64,000 nt of DNA from assembly GCF_001447785.1 (NCBI RefSeq), contig NW_015159713.1, forward strand, positions 1,776,956-1,840,955. Direction: 5' to 3'. The notes under the pieces are model-generated. The model was not told where the DNA came from and ran no database searches. It saw only the letters and a program-made list of their open reading frames with translations. A program made the translations under genes and the position numbers. Of this stretch, positions 1 through 31,189 are shown in pieces. Position 1 is the stretch's first letter, and each line of letters begins with the position of its first letter. The DNA is from Gekko japonicus. Its lineage: Eukaryota.

Positions 1-1325
1 CTTACCATCCCGAAACGGATGGACAAACCGAGAGAGTTAATCAAACACTTGAGCAATATCTGCGTTGTTTCACTAACTACCAACAAACTGACTGGTGCGA
101 CTTGCTAACTCTGGCNNNNNNNNNNNNNNNNNNNNNNNNNNNNNNNNNNNNNNNNNNNNNNNNNNNNNNNNNNNNNNNNNNNNNNNNNNNNNNNNNNNNN
201 NNNNNNNNNNNNNNNNNNNNNNNNNNNNNNNNNNNNNNNNNNNNNNNNNNNNNNNNNNNNNNNNNNNNNNNNNNNNNNNNNNNNNNNNNNNNNNNNNNNN
301 NNNNNNNNNNTGTGTCAAACATTGAATGCTGCTAAAGCAGCCTATAAGGCGCAGGCGGATAAGGGTCGGGTGGTGGGATTTGATTTAAAACCTGGGGACC
401 TTGTTTATGTGTCTACAAAAAATATAAAGATGCTTCGCCCAAGTAAAAAACTGGGTTGGAAATTTATTGGACCTTTCAAAGTTCGTAAAATTCTTAACAA
501 TGTTGCTGTTGATGTTGAATTGCCTAAGAACTTGCGTGCCTTACACTCTGTTTTTCACATGAGCTTATTGAAAAAAGATCCTGGCTCCTCATCCTGGAGG
601 CCTTCGGGTACCCCCCCTCCTCCTATTATTCTGGAAGGGGATGAACATTTTGAGATTGCTGATATCCTTGACTCTAAGGTGAAACGTGGTAAGCTCTGGT
701 ATCTCATTGAATGGGTGGACTTCGGACCCCAGCACCGCGAATGGGTGGAAGAAGGGGATATTCGGGCCCCTTATTTGCTTCGTGAGTTCCACAGGAAGTT
801 CCCGGCCAAACCGGGAGGTCTCCCGCCCAGCCCGGGAGATCTCCCGCCCAGCCCGGGAGACGGTGGTTAATGTGTATTTTTGAGGGGGCAGTATGTCAGC
901 AAGCTGCCATGGTGTTCTGTGTTGCTGGTACTTCGGTACAGTTGTTCCTCCCCATCCCCCTCCTTCCCTGCCTGTGAGCTGTTATTGTATTCTGCTGTAA
1001 TGCATAAGCCAAACAACTGGAGGTCGTCTTGTGGGAGTTCGCTTCATTGCTGGCTTGTTGCTTTTAGAGCCTGAGAACTGCACCTGTATATGTCTGGAGA
1101 TAACTGAGTTCCCAGGGAAAGGGCGCGCAACCGTTTCCCCTCGCCCGCCAGCGGGAATGTGACCCATTGGTTCTGTATCTGTTTCAAATCCCTTTATTAT
1201 GCTTGCCCTTATGGGTTGTAGTCAGTTCTAACAAAGAACGTGTTTGAGCGTCTTTCCAATGCTTTGAAATAAATTTTGCTTTTCTCGAAAACGTGGATTT
1301 ATTCTCGATGCTTGGGGATCCAACA
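1..1325 (+). mobile_element. 3' end of a Ty3/Gypsy chromovirus-type LTR retrotransposon (integrase core, GPF/Y module, chromodomain, PPT, 3' LTR)
   Basis: 3-115 reads [23 protein letters not shown]; 322-870 contains KFIGPFKV, HSVFHMSLLK and the chromodomain FEIADILDS..YLIEWVDFGP..EW; purine tract GAGGGGGCAG at 882; LTR starts TGTCAG at 894, AATAAA at 1268; LTR end uncertain (1233 or about 1325); assembly gap 116-310. Confidence 0.88.
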
Positions 1326-1965
1326 ACAGATGGCTGCCTGTGCACATGCCCAAACTGAGAGAGAAAAACAACACCGACGCATGCTCCTGCGTGTGGACGG
1401 TGGGGAGCAATGTGGCTGCACAGTGATCTGGACCAAGGGGGTAAGTGTGATCGTGATTCTCCAGGTTAAAAAAAAAATGCATGGGGCCAGAGCAGTTTAA
1501 CCCGCTCCCAGCACGCCATCTGACTGCACCCTTAAAGGTGCTGTGCCACTGGACTCGAAACTTGTTCTGTTGCTTCAGACCCGCATGCTACCCACCTGAA
1601 TCTAAAAGCAAAAACAGTAGCACATCTCATGTTGCACTTTTTAAAGGTTAAAAACTGACGGCAAAGCCATTTTGTTCTGTAGGGCTGATGATTTTTAACA
1701 CAGAAGAGGTAAAGCTGGCTGACCTTTTACCCTGAATAGCCTGCTTATATCAGCAATGTATTTGAGTCACATAACTTGACTATTCTCCCAGGTCATTCTT
1801 AGACCTTGATCTGAACTGAAAACCTCATCCATATAGACATTATGTCCCACCTTTCTGTCCTCACTAGGGTCACCAAACAAATTATACATAATAAAATCAT
1901 ATTTTAAACCATTAAAACCAACCAACTCCCTAGAATTAAAACAGTTAAAGACAGAACTAAAATAA

Positions 1966-2200
1966 GCCCTGACCTGGATAGCTCAGGCAATCCCAATCTC
2001 GTCAGATCTCGTAAGCTAAACAGGGCCAACTCTAGCAAGTACTTGGAAGCTAAGCAGGGCTGACACTGGCGAGTACTGCATCCCGCTTCCAAGGAATACC
2101 AGAGGCAAGATGCAGAGGCAGGCTAATCAAGCCACCTCTCTTAAAAACGTCCAAGCCCCCAGTAGGGGTCGCCAGAAGTCAACTATGACTTCCAGGCAAG
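1966..2200 (+). mobile_element. 5S rRNA-derived SINE
   Basis: ATCTCGTCAGATCTCGTAAGCTAA...GAAGCTAAGCAGGG matches the 5S internal control region; non-5S tail follows. Confidence 0.7.
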
Positions 2201-2269
2201 CACACAAACACATACACACACAAATATAAAAAAGCAGAGCTAAAATACATACAAAGACATAAAAACAAC

Positions 2270-2460
2270 AATTCAAATGTTTGTCAAGAAGGAGGGATCA
2301 CTGAGGGAACATCAAAGTCTTCGCCTGCTGACAAAAAATGGCAACAAAAGGGGACTGACTAATCTGCCTGGGGAGAGAGTTCCACAGTTTTGGTGCCATG
2401 ACTGAGAAGGCCCTCTCCCTGGTTGTCACCCACCTAATCGCAGAAGCAAAGGCCTCTGAC
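2270..2460 (-). mobile_element. L2-like LINE 3' fragment
   Basis: GGGAGAGAGTTCCACAG...GAGAAGGCCCT resembles the L2 copy at 50100-50150. Confidence 0.5.
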
Positions 2461-2747
2461 GATGACCATAGTGGTCATACAGAGTAGGTATGTTGGTGCC
2501 AACATGTGGTGCCAACATGTGTGCCAACATGTGGGACGTTTGCCGCATACAGTCCTTTCCCCTCATTTTGAGGCTTGGTTTCAGTGTACTAAGCAGGTAG
2601 AAGAAGCAGGGGTGTGGCCTAATATGCTAATGAGTTTCTGCTGTTGCATGTGGCCTATTATGCTAATGAGTTCCTGCTGGGCTTTTTCTACAAAAAAAGC
2701 CCTGATAGGAATAATCTAATAGCCAGTAAATTAAAAAGCAAGAGTCT

Positions 2748-3489
2748 TGTAACGATTCCTTGTTTTTGGGGTGTGTGTGTGTCTCTTAAAAGTTTGGTTG
2801 CATGGCTGTGGTAAGTAGACTAGAGTGATTGAGAGAGGCAAGTGTGGTATGATGGGTGGTTGACAGAGAGGGGGAGGGAGTTTGGAAGTGAAAATGAGTG
2901 GATGAGTATGTATGTCAGTCAGGTTTTACAGTTACAGGTTTGGCAGTTGATACGTTCAGTTAGTTCTGTGTGTGAAAGGAGAGACAAGCAGTTCTGTGTT
3001 GAAGCAGTTATAAGCTGAAAGCTGAGTGTCTAAGATATAGTAAAGTTTAAGTGAACAAGAGTTAAAGGAAAGTCTGAGTGACAGGCTAGAGTGAAACAGT
3101 AAACGTATATGGCATTGAGATAAACAAGTGTTACAAAGTTACATGCAAAGATCCCTGACAGAGAGGGAGAAGATTGTGTGGGATACCAAAGCAATTGTTC
3201 AGTGTTTACACATTACTAGTTACATTGTACTACCATCTTATTTATGCTTTATCTCAATAAATCCTCTTTCATTCAAGTATACCAGCTCTGAAATAAATAC
3301 TTCCTCAGGACTACATAGTTCCTCGTAAGCCTTGAACTCGGTCTACCAAAATAGCAAGAACAACAGTAAAGTATAAAAGGTTTGGAAATCTTTAAATTTC
3401 CTGATGGCAGCCGTATATACCCAGATAAACAGAATAAAAAGAGAACTTTTAAAGTGAAACCAGTCCTCCCTAATAAGGAGGACGTCACA
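2748..3489 (+). mobile_element. Solo LTR (about 742 bp)
   Basis: Ends TGTAACG...CGTCACA; flanks AGTCT/AGCCT (5-bp TSD, 1 mismatch); internal AATAAA at about 3256. Confidence 0.6.
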
Positions 3490-3764
3490 AGCCTATATAC
3501 AGTTGTGTCTCCAAGAAATGTTTAGCAGTGGAGTTTCACTCAACTAATTATTCATGGATTTGCATTTCATCTCAAGAGTGGCAAGGTTTTCAATTAATTA
3601 CATTGTGTCATTATGCAAGGATACTGTTAAGTTCACTCTTTGGGAGGGACAGAACTGACTCACATCGCTTTAGCCACCCACCTCCAAATGCATAAGGTGT
3701 GACACTGGAAAGTCCTATAGGGCTCTTCCCCATTTCTGCTCAGCCAGGTAACCTGACACTCCTC

Positions 3765-3972
3765 TCAATGGGAAACCAGATTCCTGTATTAATAGACTTG
3801 TCATGAACAATGCAATTGAGCAAACTTGCAATTGAATAAATATGAAGAGGCTGCAAGTTACCTTATACTTCAATGGGAAACCGGGTTCCTGTATTAATAG
3901 ACTTGTCGTGAGCAATGCAATTGAGCAAACTTGCAATTGAATAAATACGAAGAGGCTGCAAGTTACCTTATA
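3765..3972. repeat. Tandem duplication, period 105 bp, 2 copies
   Basis: TCAATGGGAAACC...AAGTTACCTTATA at 3765 and at 3870 with few substitutions. Confidence 0.9.
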
Positions 3973-5124
3973 GCCTGCTTGCACGAGTTATGAAGTTGTG
4001 ATTTTAAGCAGATTTGCTCAGGAGTAAATCCCACTGAAATCAGGGAAATTAGTTCTGAGTGAACAGTTGATTCTGTTTTTCAGTTCTATAATGTTTTACA
4101 ATCTAATGTCCCATTTCAGAATATAGTACTTAAAAACACACCAAATAGGAATTCATACTGACTTAAAAAAAAACAACAACCCACATTTTAGTTGACAAAT
4201 ATTAGTTTTCTTCAGAATTAGTTCAAATCATACCTGAAAAAGCAACATTTAAAATAAGTAATTATAAAACAAGTTTAACTTGTACTTTCAAACAAGCAGC
4301 TGTTCCTGGCCCACTTTTTAAATACATAAAATCTGCACTGCTTACCAGTTGACCAAGAAGTACCACTGCTTGAGTGGACATCAAACAAATGAAGTGAGCT
4401 ATAAGTCTACATTTAGCACATTTGGTATCCTTTCTTGGAAATGCTATATCACTACAGACAAAGAAACAAGGACAAAATGTCACACAATTATCACAAGCAA
4501 TACCATATACAGGGCACTCACTTTCTGAATGCTCTCCCACCTACCGTAGCACCAACCCTTCCTCTTTTGTAAAGGATCAGAGTTTATTTATGGCTACTCT
4601 GACATGCCTTGCCAGCAAAACTATTCAAAAGGCTTATTTGGTAGTGCTGAAAGTTGTTATGGTGACATATTTCAACAACAGCAGAACAAGGAGCTGCTAA
4701 TCCTAGTTACAGTTTCAGGCTTCCTTGATCATCCTGAAAGTGACCAAGTTTAAGCACAATCCTACTGACTTCAGTACGTCTGATGGCTACAAAATGAAAG
4801 GCAGGACTATGGGCATAGATCATAGAATTATAATTCAAGTTATTCTGACACTCACTTCCATATTTTTATTAATTCATCATGGCCACCCTGTTACTTTAAT
4901 AATAGTGTAACCCTTTTAGCCTTAAAAGGGCCAGGTTAGTGGTCACAGAATTGTGGATGCCCCATGAAAAACCAGCACTTAAACAAACAGCTTTTATTTA
5001 AAGGTGGGGAATTAATGGGTTCAGAACTGGGAGTTCCAACAAAACAGTGGGAATAACAATTATGTGGAGCAGTCTCAAACGCAAGGTAAAAAGAGAAGGA
5101 AGTCTCTTTAATTCCTGGGCCCTG

Positions 5125-5317
5125 AAGTTGCCAACCCTTGACTGGGAAGTCCCTGGAGAATTTGGGGTTGGAGCCAAGGGAGGGAGCTCAGTGGGAATAA
5201 AGCCATATAGTCCACTCTCCAATGTGGCCATTTTCTCCAGGGGAACTGAATTCTGCTGTCTGGAGAACAGCTGTAATAACAGGAGATCTCCAGGCATCAC
5301 TTGGAGGTTGGCAACAC
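5125..5317. mobile_element. Non-autonomous DNA transposon (hAT-like MITE)
   Basis: Inverted ends GTTGCCAACC (5127) and GGTTGGCAAC (5306-5315). Confidence 0.6.
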
Positions 5318-5627
5318 TTGGTGAGGTCTCTCTTCTTCATAAGCTCTGGGAAGCCACTTTTCCTCAGTTACAGCAGAAGTCCCACAAACAGGATTAAAAG
5401 ATGGACACTCTTCTGACCCCTTTTCTCCATCTCCACCAACTTTTCTTCTCTGGAACTTCTGAAATTCTCTACTCCCTCAGGACAAAAACAACACAGAGAT
5501 TCCTCTTTCTGCTTCTCTATCCTGGAGTTTACCCCCCTCCACCTTATGTTGCTTAGTCAGGCCACTACTCACTCAGTCGTTCTTTAGAAATCCTCTTCCT
5601 CCTCTGTCTGTGTGTGTGTGTGTGTGT

Positions 5628-5815
5628 AAAGTGTCATCAGATTGTAGCTGAGTTACAGTGACCCTGTAGGGTGTTCAAGGCAAGAGAAGTTCAGAGGTTG
5701 TTTGCCGTTGCCTGCTTCTGCATTGCGATCCTGGACTTGTTGGTGGTCTCCTATCCAAATACTAACCAGGGCTGACTCTGCTTAGCTTCTAAGATGTGAC
5801 AAGATCAGGAAAGCC
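5628..5815 (-). mobile_element. 5S rRNA-derived SINE
   Basis: GGTCTCCTATCCAAATACTAACCAGG...TGCTTAGCTTC is the reverse complement of 5S; preceded by a (TG)n tract. Confidence 0.7.
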
Positions 5816-6243
5816 TCTAGAGGGCAGTGTTTCCACAGCCCACTGTGTAGGTGAGAACAAGTCACAAACTTTACAATAAATATTTCAACAAAATTTATTT
5901 CATACCTTTATTTTATATCAGTTGTGGTACTTGTGCTCTCCCCTTTCTAAATGTGCAGAGGAACCCAAAACATTCACTACTCTATGCCGTGTGAGTGGGT
6001 TGCTCTCTCACTACTCATGGAGCAGTGTAAGATGTTGCACAAATTTAATCTTCTTGTCCCTTAAGACTGAATGTTCATGAAAGCATTTTTATTACTATTT
6101 TAACTCATTTAAAAATCCATCCTCTGTTAACCTCAGCCATGGGCATGTGACTGCATCAAGGCATTGTGCTGCCTCAGACTGGTATGCTGTTGGTCATGAG
6201 AGCAACCCAGTGGCTCTAGCAGCTGGCAGTGTCAACCCAGGAC

Positions 6244-6449
6244 CAGTGTTCCCTCTAAGGTGAGTTAGGGTGAGCTAGCTCACAGTTTTTTAGCCTCTGG
6301 CTCACACATTTTTGTCTTAGCTCAGGAAGGATGGCTCCAGAGCAGATAAATTTATGCAGTAACCAAATGGCTCGCTCACAACTTTAATGCCAGTAGCTCA
6401 CAAAGTAGAAATTTTGCTCACAAGACTCCACAGCTTAGAGGGAACATTG
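6244..6449. mobile_element. hAT-family MITE with perfect 8-bp TSD
   Basis: TIRs CAGTGTTCCCTCTAAG / CTTAGAGGGAACATTG; CCCAGGAC on both sides (6236-6243, 6450-6457). Confidence 0.9.
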
Positions 6450-7239
6450 CCCAGGACCCGCCCATCACTTACGCTTGTACTGCACTATCTGGGAGCAATC
6501 TGAGCCCCAGCAGCATGTCAGCAAGCTTTTATATTGTGGTGCCCCAAGTAGACATTTGTATGATGAACAAATCAGGCTGCAACAGATGGTGGAAAGGGGA
6601 TCACAGTGGAAAGCGTTACCTTGCCCTCCACATGGAGACTGTGCCTTGAGCCTAGACCAATTCAAGCTGTACAGTACATGCAGAGGCCCTGAAGATTATA
6701 TCTATTAGATATTTATCCCAGTTTTCACCCAAGGAGTTCTAGGCAACATTCAAGGTCTCCTCCTTCATTTTATTCTCACAACTAGTATAGTTTGGGTCCA
6801 GCTTAGATTTTCTATCAGTGAAATGGAACTTTCCTGCTTCTCCCCTCCCACTGCAGCCCACTGATGTCCCCTAAATGCTGCTCCTGGCAGAAAGGGAACC
6901 TTGAAGACTGACATGGGGTGTCTGCAACGGGAAGGGGGAATCAGTGAAAATTGCCTATTTAGTCTATATATCCAGAGATAGGTCATGCTGCCAGTCAGTG
7001 ACCAACCCATGGTCACCCATGCACTTTACATCCAAGTGGAGATGCGAGCCCACATCTTCTCAGTTCTACTCCAACATGTCTGCCACTATGTCACCCTGGC
7101 TCTCCACCACACTGTTCTGGGACCCGTATCTCCCTCTGCGTCTTTATTCTGCACTAGTATCCATAATATAGGTTAATATAGGTTAACAAACACACAAAAA
7201 TGGAAATAGTGAATGCAGTTATACAAACAAATAAATAGA

Positions 7240-8110
7240 ATAACCTGTCACGCTGTACAAATCACACTTGAGACTACTGCCTTCTTATACAGTTCTACAT
7301 ACAACCAGAGGCTATCCCAGTGATATACTGGAAGCAGCATACAGCAAAATGAAAAAGAATAATAGAGACATATATTTACAGGACAAGTATTAAGTTGAAA
7401 ACAAGAGAATTACTTGTCCCTTTGAGTTTTCATCTACATCCCAACGTATCAAAAGAGCCATCTTTAAACACTGGCATATTGTTAAGGACCTCCCGGGATG
7501 TGAGTCCTTTCCTTTGATCAGATGGAAGAAGGGCAACTCCATTGGAAATACGATTACAAGGTCAGATACTGGAGCACCCAGAGTCTTAAATAATAATTTA
7601 CCATCTGTATATCAATATAGCAATATTCTAGTGCCAATTTTGTTTAAAAAACTGCAAAAGTTCTGGTGGCCAGTGGAAGGGAGTGGCCACTTCTGGGGGA
7701 CTGGAGCTGGGAAAGCTGCCATATGGGAGCCCCGTTGCCACTGTGCTTTATCTGCAACCAAACCAGCAACAGCAAGCCCACAAAATCCCATCACCGTGGG
7801 GAAGCCATCTGGGTTTCCTAATTCTCCTGCCCATCCATTAATACTATTCCCCTCAATAAAGTTTCTTGCTGATGTAAATAATAATACTAATATTAATACT
7901 ACTACTACTACTACTAATAATAATAATTATTATTATTTACCATCTAGTTTCTTTAAATGTGGGAGGTGCCTAGCTTGTGAGTTGGTCCTAGAGGGACCTA
8001 CATTTGATTGTCCTGAACTGAATATACATTGGAATATCAAGCTTTTCAATAATTGTAACTCAATTTATTCTGTATATTTAGCATTGTGTCCAATGGTTCT
8101 TTGGACTTAA
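7240..8110 (+). mobile_element. Penelope-like retroelement fragment (RT thumb/linker to start of GIY-YIG), interrupted by a nested insertion
   Basis: One frame reads RGYPSDILEAAY..(stop)..IKRAIFKHWHIV..ITRSD..FFKCGRCLAC..NCNSIYSVYLALCP. Confidence 0.65.
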
Positions 8111-8792
8111 CCCTTGGGAGGAGAACGAAATCTCCGACCTGGAGACAAGAAGAGAAAGGAAAGGCAGGAAGCAGGTGGAGGGAAAAGTTGAAGAAGAAAT
8201 AAGAGAAGGATCCATCCCCCAGCGTGGCTGCCTCCCGATCAACGGCTGATTTGAGAACGGGAGACACCCCCCCCCCCGTGCACTTTTGTTCTACGCACAG
8301 TTTATGAAACACTGTTATGCACTCAGCACTCTGTTTGACTTAGCAGGCTAACCTTAGTGGACTCAGCCCCTCTGACATACACAGACATACAGATATGTTA
8401 AGTGCCATTGATGATTCTAATCACAGTAACTGAAATCAATCATGAAAATATATTCAGATATTGTCTTTGGTTCATTGCTTGAAATGCATGTTGGGAAGAA
8501 AGCTAAAATGGTAATAGACAGTTATGCTAACCGTGACCTTGCCTGCTACAGCGAGCTTTAACTGCGCATGTTCCTGACGCAAGTGAATTTATGAGATGTA
8601 CCCATCACTGCTATATTAGATACTTTTATAAACCTCATGTGCTAGAACAGAGAAAGGCCTATTGTTTGATAGAAGGAGGTACCGTTTTGCCTGGGAAATT
8701 ACAGCCCCTCAGGTCCAGGCCCAATCAGAATTGTGACTGACATATGACAAAGTTTGATGGAATCAATAATTATTATTTATTTGTAAGCGTCA

Positions 8793-9142
8793 GTACTGCG
8801 GTAGCTCAAGTGGTTAAGACGCTGAACTGCAGGCTGTTGAAGGTCAGTAGTTCAACAGTTCAAGACCCGGGTGCCACAAGACGGGGTGAGCTCCCGTCTC
8901 TAGTTCCAGCTCCTGCCAACCTAGCAGTTTGAAAGCAAGAAATTGCAAGTAGATAAATAGGTACCACTTTGGTGGGAAGGTAACAGCGTTCCGTGCGCCT
9001 TGGTGTTTAGTCATGCCGGCCACATGACCACGGAAATGTCTTCGGACAGCGCTGGCTCTTCGGCTTTGAAACGGAGATGAGCACCGCAACCCTAGAGTCG
9101 GATTCGACTGGCTTTCGAGCAAGGGAACCTTTACCTTTACCT
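8793..9142 (+). mobile_element. Sauria SINE, full length
   Basis: tRNA-like head, (ACCTTT)n tail, TSD TGTAAGCGTCA/TGTAAGCATCA; near-identical copies elsewhere in the window. Confidence 0.85.
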
Positions 9143-9699
9143 GTAAGCATCACATGGAGTATAAAACCCTATGTCTCCCATTGTAACCCTAGAGAGAGTT
9201 GTGGGATCTAAACATTATTGGATTTACACCAGAGGCAATCATTGATCATATATATCTATTTATAGCGGGGAAGTCGAGTGCCAAATTAAGATAAGGAGTC
9301 ATTTGCATCTTTTTGTTTTTGGTTTTTTTTTAAAGTTATTAAAGAAATGGTTCCAAGTTTCTCGATGGTCTGGAATTGCCTTAAGCTTTGGAGGGCTTGC
9401 AGCTAGAAAGAGTCATGAAAAAGTCTCCCTTTCAAATGTTTCTAGAAATCAGGTGCCTCTAGAAATTAGGGGTACTTTGGGCCACAAGTGTGTATAATGT
9501 AAGTGTAGTTTCTCCTAAAATGCATTTACGCTTGAAAATTGGTGGGCGCACGGGGGACGCCAGAATGTAGCCTGGCCTAGTGTGCAAAAAACCCTGGAGC
9601 TGGTCCTGCATCTCATGTCCATGGGCACAGGTTGCACCACAAAAGACATGGATCCACGGCTTCCTGGCAACACCATAAAGCCAGAACATGGTTCTGAAG

Positions 9700-10840
9700 C
9701 GTTAGCGGCAACGGGGGGGATGGGCGCGAAATGTTCCCCCGCCTCTGAGCCCCGGAGGGGTGGCCTTGGAGTCCTAAGGGCAAATTCCACCTCTCACGTG
9801 TGATGGCTGAGCGGTCATTCTGGCTCCCCCAGGTCTTGTCAGGGGCTCTTTAAAAAGTTATGACTGCCCGCGGTGGCAGCAGTGCTAATGGCAGCGGCAA
9901 CGGCGCAGGAGGAGGGGAGGGGCGTGAAATGTCCCCCCCCCCCNNNNNNNNNNNNNNNNNNNNNNNNNNNNNNNNNNNNNNNNNNNNNNNNNNNTAGGGG
10001 CAAATTCCACCTCTCGCGTGTGATGGCCGAGCGGCATCACACGCGAGAGGTCATTCTGGCTCCCCAAGGTCTTGTTGGGGGCTCTTTAAAAAATTATGGT
10101 TGCCCGCGGCAGCAGCAGTGCTAATGGCAACGGCGGCGGGGGGGGGGATGGGCGCGAAATGTTCCCCTGCCTCTCTGAGCCCTGGGGTGGTGGTTTTGGA
10201 GTCCTAGGGGCAAATTCCACCTCTTGCGTGTGATGGCCGAGCGGCTTGTTCTGGCTCCCCCAGGTCTTGTTAGGTGCTCTTTAAAAAGTTATGGCTGCCG
10301 GCAGCAGTGGCAGCAGTGGCTGCAGTGCTAATGGCAGCAGCAACGCGGTGGTGGCGGCGGGGGGGGGAGGGGCGCGAAATGTTCCCCCGGGTGGTGGCCT
10401 TGGAGTCCTATGGGCAAATTCCACGATAATTCTGAATGATAGGAGAGAGGTCATTCTGGCTCCCCCAGGTCTTATTAAAGGTAAAGGTTCCCTTGCTCGA
10501 AAGCCAGTCGAATCCCACTCTAGGGTTGCGGTGCTCATCTCCGTTTCCAGGCCGAAGAGCCAGTGCTGTCCGAAGACGTTTCAGTGGTCATGTGGCCGGC
10601 GTGACTAAACACCAAGGCACCTTCCCACCGAAGTGGTACCTCTTTATCTACTTGCAATGTCTTGCTTTCGAACTGCTAGGTTGGCAGGAGCTGGAACTAG
10701 AGATGGGAGCTCACTCCATCATGCGGCACCCAGTATCGAACTGCTGAACTACTGACCTTCAACAGCCTGCAATGCAGTGTCTTAACCACTGCAGCTCCTC
10801 AGGTCTTGTTAGAGGCTCTTTAAAAAGTAATGGCTGCCAG
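9700..10840. repeat. GC-rich tandem repeat, unit about 205-220 bp, at least 4 copies, interrupted by a SINE and a gap
   Basis: CAAATTCCAC recurs at 9781, 10001, 10211, 10415; CTGGCTCCCC.AGGTCTTGT..GGCTCTTTAAAAA in each unit. Confidence 0.85.
10478..10798 (-). mobile_element. Sauria SINE inserted in the tandem repeat
   Basis: Reverse complement of 8793-9142; TSD CAGGTCTTATTA/CAGGTCTTGTTA. Confidence 0.85.
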
Positions 10841-11369
10841 CGCTGTTGTGGTGCCACGAATCTGTGGATGCTTTTGTGGTGCCCCCTATAGATTAACACA
10901 TGGCCTACAATATGATGGTAGTTTTATTTCGTTTCAATGTAAAAATAATATGAATTCACGAGGATCCATGTAGATCCGACTTTTACCTTTTTCCCCCTTT
11001 TCCTCCTTTGAAGTAGATCAAAGATCATAAAGAGCAAAGTTTGAAGTTCAGATTTATTAGAACTCTCAATGAGGTTGGATCGTTAAACTAAAAAAAGGTG
11101 GAGGAGAGAGACGATGATGGTACGCATGAAAACCCCAGCCCGCAATCTGCAGCAATCTTAAAATGAAACAAAGGCGATGTTGTGCAGACTCGATTAGTTT
11201 AAACTGCGCTAGGCGCAAACTACAAATGTCTAACCGTTACTCAGACCTACTTATGAAGGTTCAAGCAATAAAAGGGAAAAATCCACAACAATCAGCAAAT
11301 AACAAAGAGAAAAAAATGCAGATCGTAATCCAGTTGCTAGAGCCAAAGCTGCAGCACCAGATAAACAAA

Positions 11370-11680
11370 CAGAAAAACGCGAGCGCGCACGCACAACACG
11401 CAGAGAAGAAGCCTTATGCGCACGCGCGTTTCTACTGCCTTTCGCCAAAGATTATAAACAGGCGCACGCGCAGCCCTCAGAGAAAGCTACGGTTACGTGA
11501 TGACGTCACGCGCATCCTTTCCCAGGCGAGGGAGCAACGGCGCGATTTTTCAAAATGGAACCTCGGAAGGAGGGGGTTTCTCCCCGACCCCCATAGCGGG
11601 GAGGGAGAGACCCGGGGGTCGGCCGCGGTGGTGAGGGATACTTTGTCTGTAAAGCGGTCCCGAGAGACCTGAACGCCGTC
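11370..11680 (+). promoter_or_regulatory. PLK4 CpG-rich promoter with NRF1-like, CRE and CDE/CHR-like elements
   Basis: TGCGCACGCGC at 11417, GCGCACGCGCA at 11462, perfect CRE TGACGTCA at 11501-11508, GGCGCG followed by TTCAAA (reverse CHR) at 11539-11554. Confidence 0.75.
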
Positions 11681-30750
<19,070 letters not shown>

Positions 30751-31189
30751 AGCTACTTGGATATAAAAGCTTAATAACTAACTTAATGAAGCAGAGCTTC
30801 CTATAGTCAGACCTGCCTTCTTACCTGGAAGAAACCGAGGGTGATGACAAATTGCTGTGTTCTGCTTAGCTAAGCACTTCTAAAACTTTTCATAAGTGTG
30901 GTCAATTAAGTAAAATTGCTTGCATTTTTATATAATTGATTAGGGGAAATCACTGACCATCATACTTTTCCAGGTTAAAGGAGGCTGAACTGTACACCTG
31001 TGTTCTGTATTGTTCTGACAATTCTAGTGTCAAGAAAATACATCTCTGCTGTTGCAGTTTTTGTACCTGTAAATACCTTGTATTTTGTGTGGTTTTCAAG
31101 TAATATGTAAAACTGTACTGTTTTATAATTCTTTTATATTTTATTTTTGTAACCATTTCTAATGAAATATTCCTGCAAAAGCTTAAAAA

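Noticed and set aside
116-310. ORFs spanning N runs (also 9944-9994)
   Set aside because: Assembly-gap artefacts.
1966-2110. 5S rRNA gene (also at 5740-5815 and 42070-42158)
   Set aside because: The matches are partial and diverged, and each is joined to a shared non-5S tail, so these are SINE heads rather than rRNA genes.
9700-10470. CRISPR-like array
   Set aside because: This is eukaryotic DNA and the whole units repeat, with no unique spacers.
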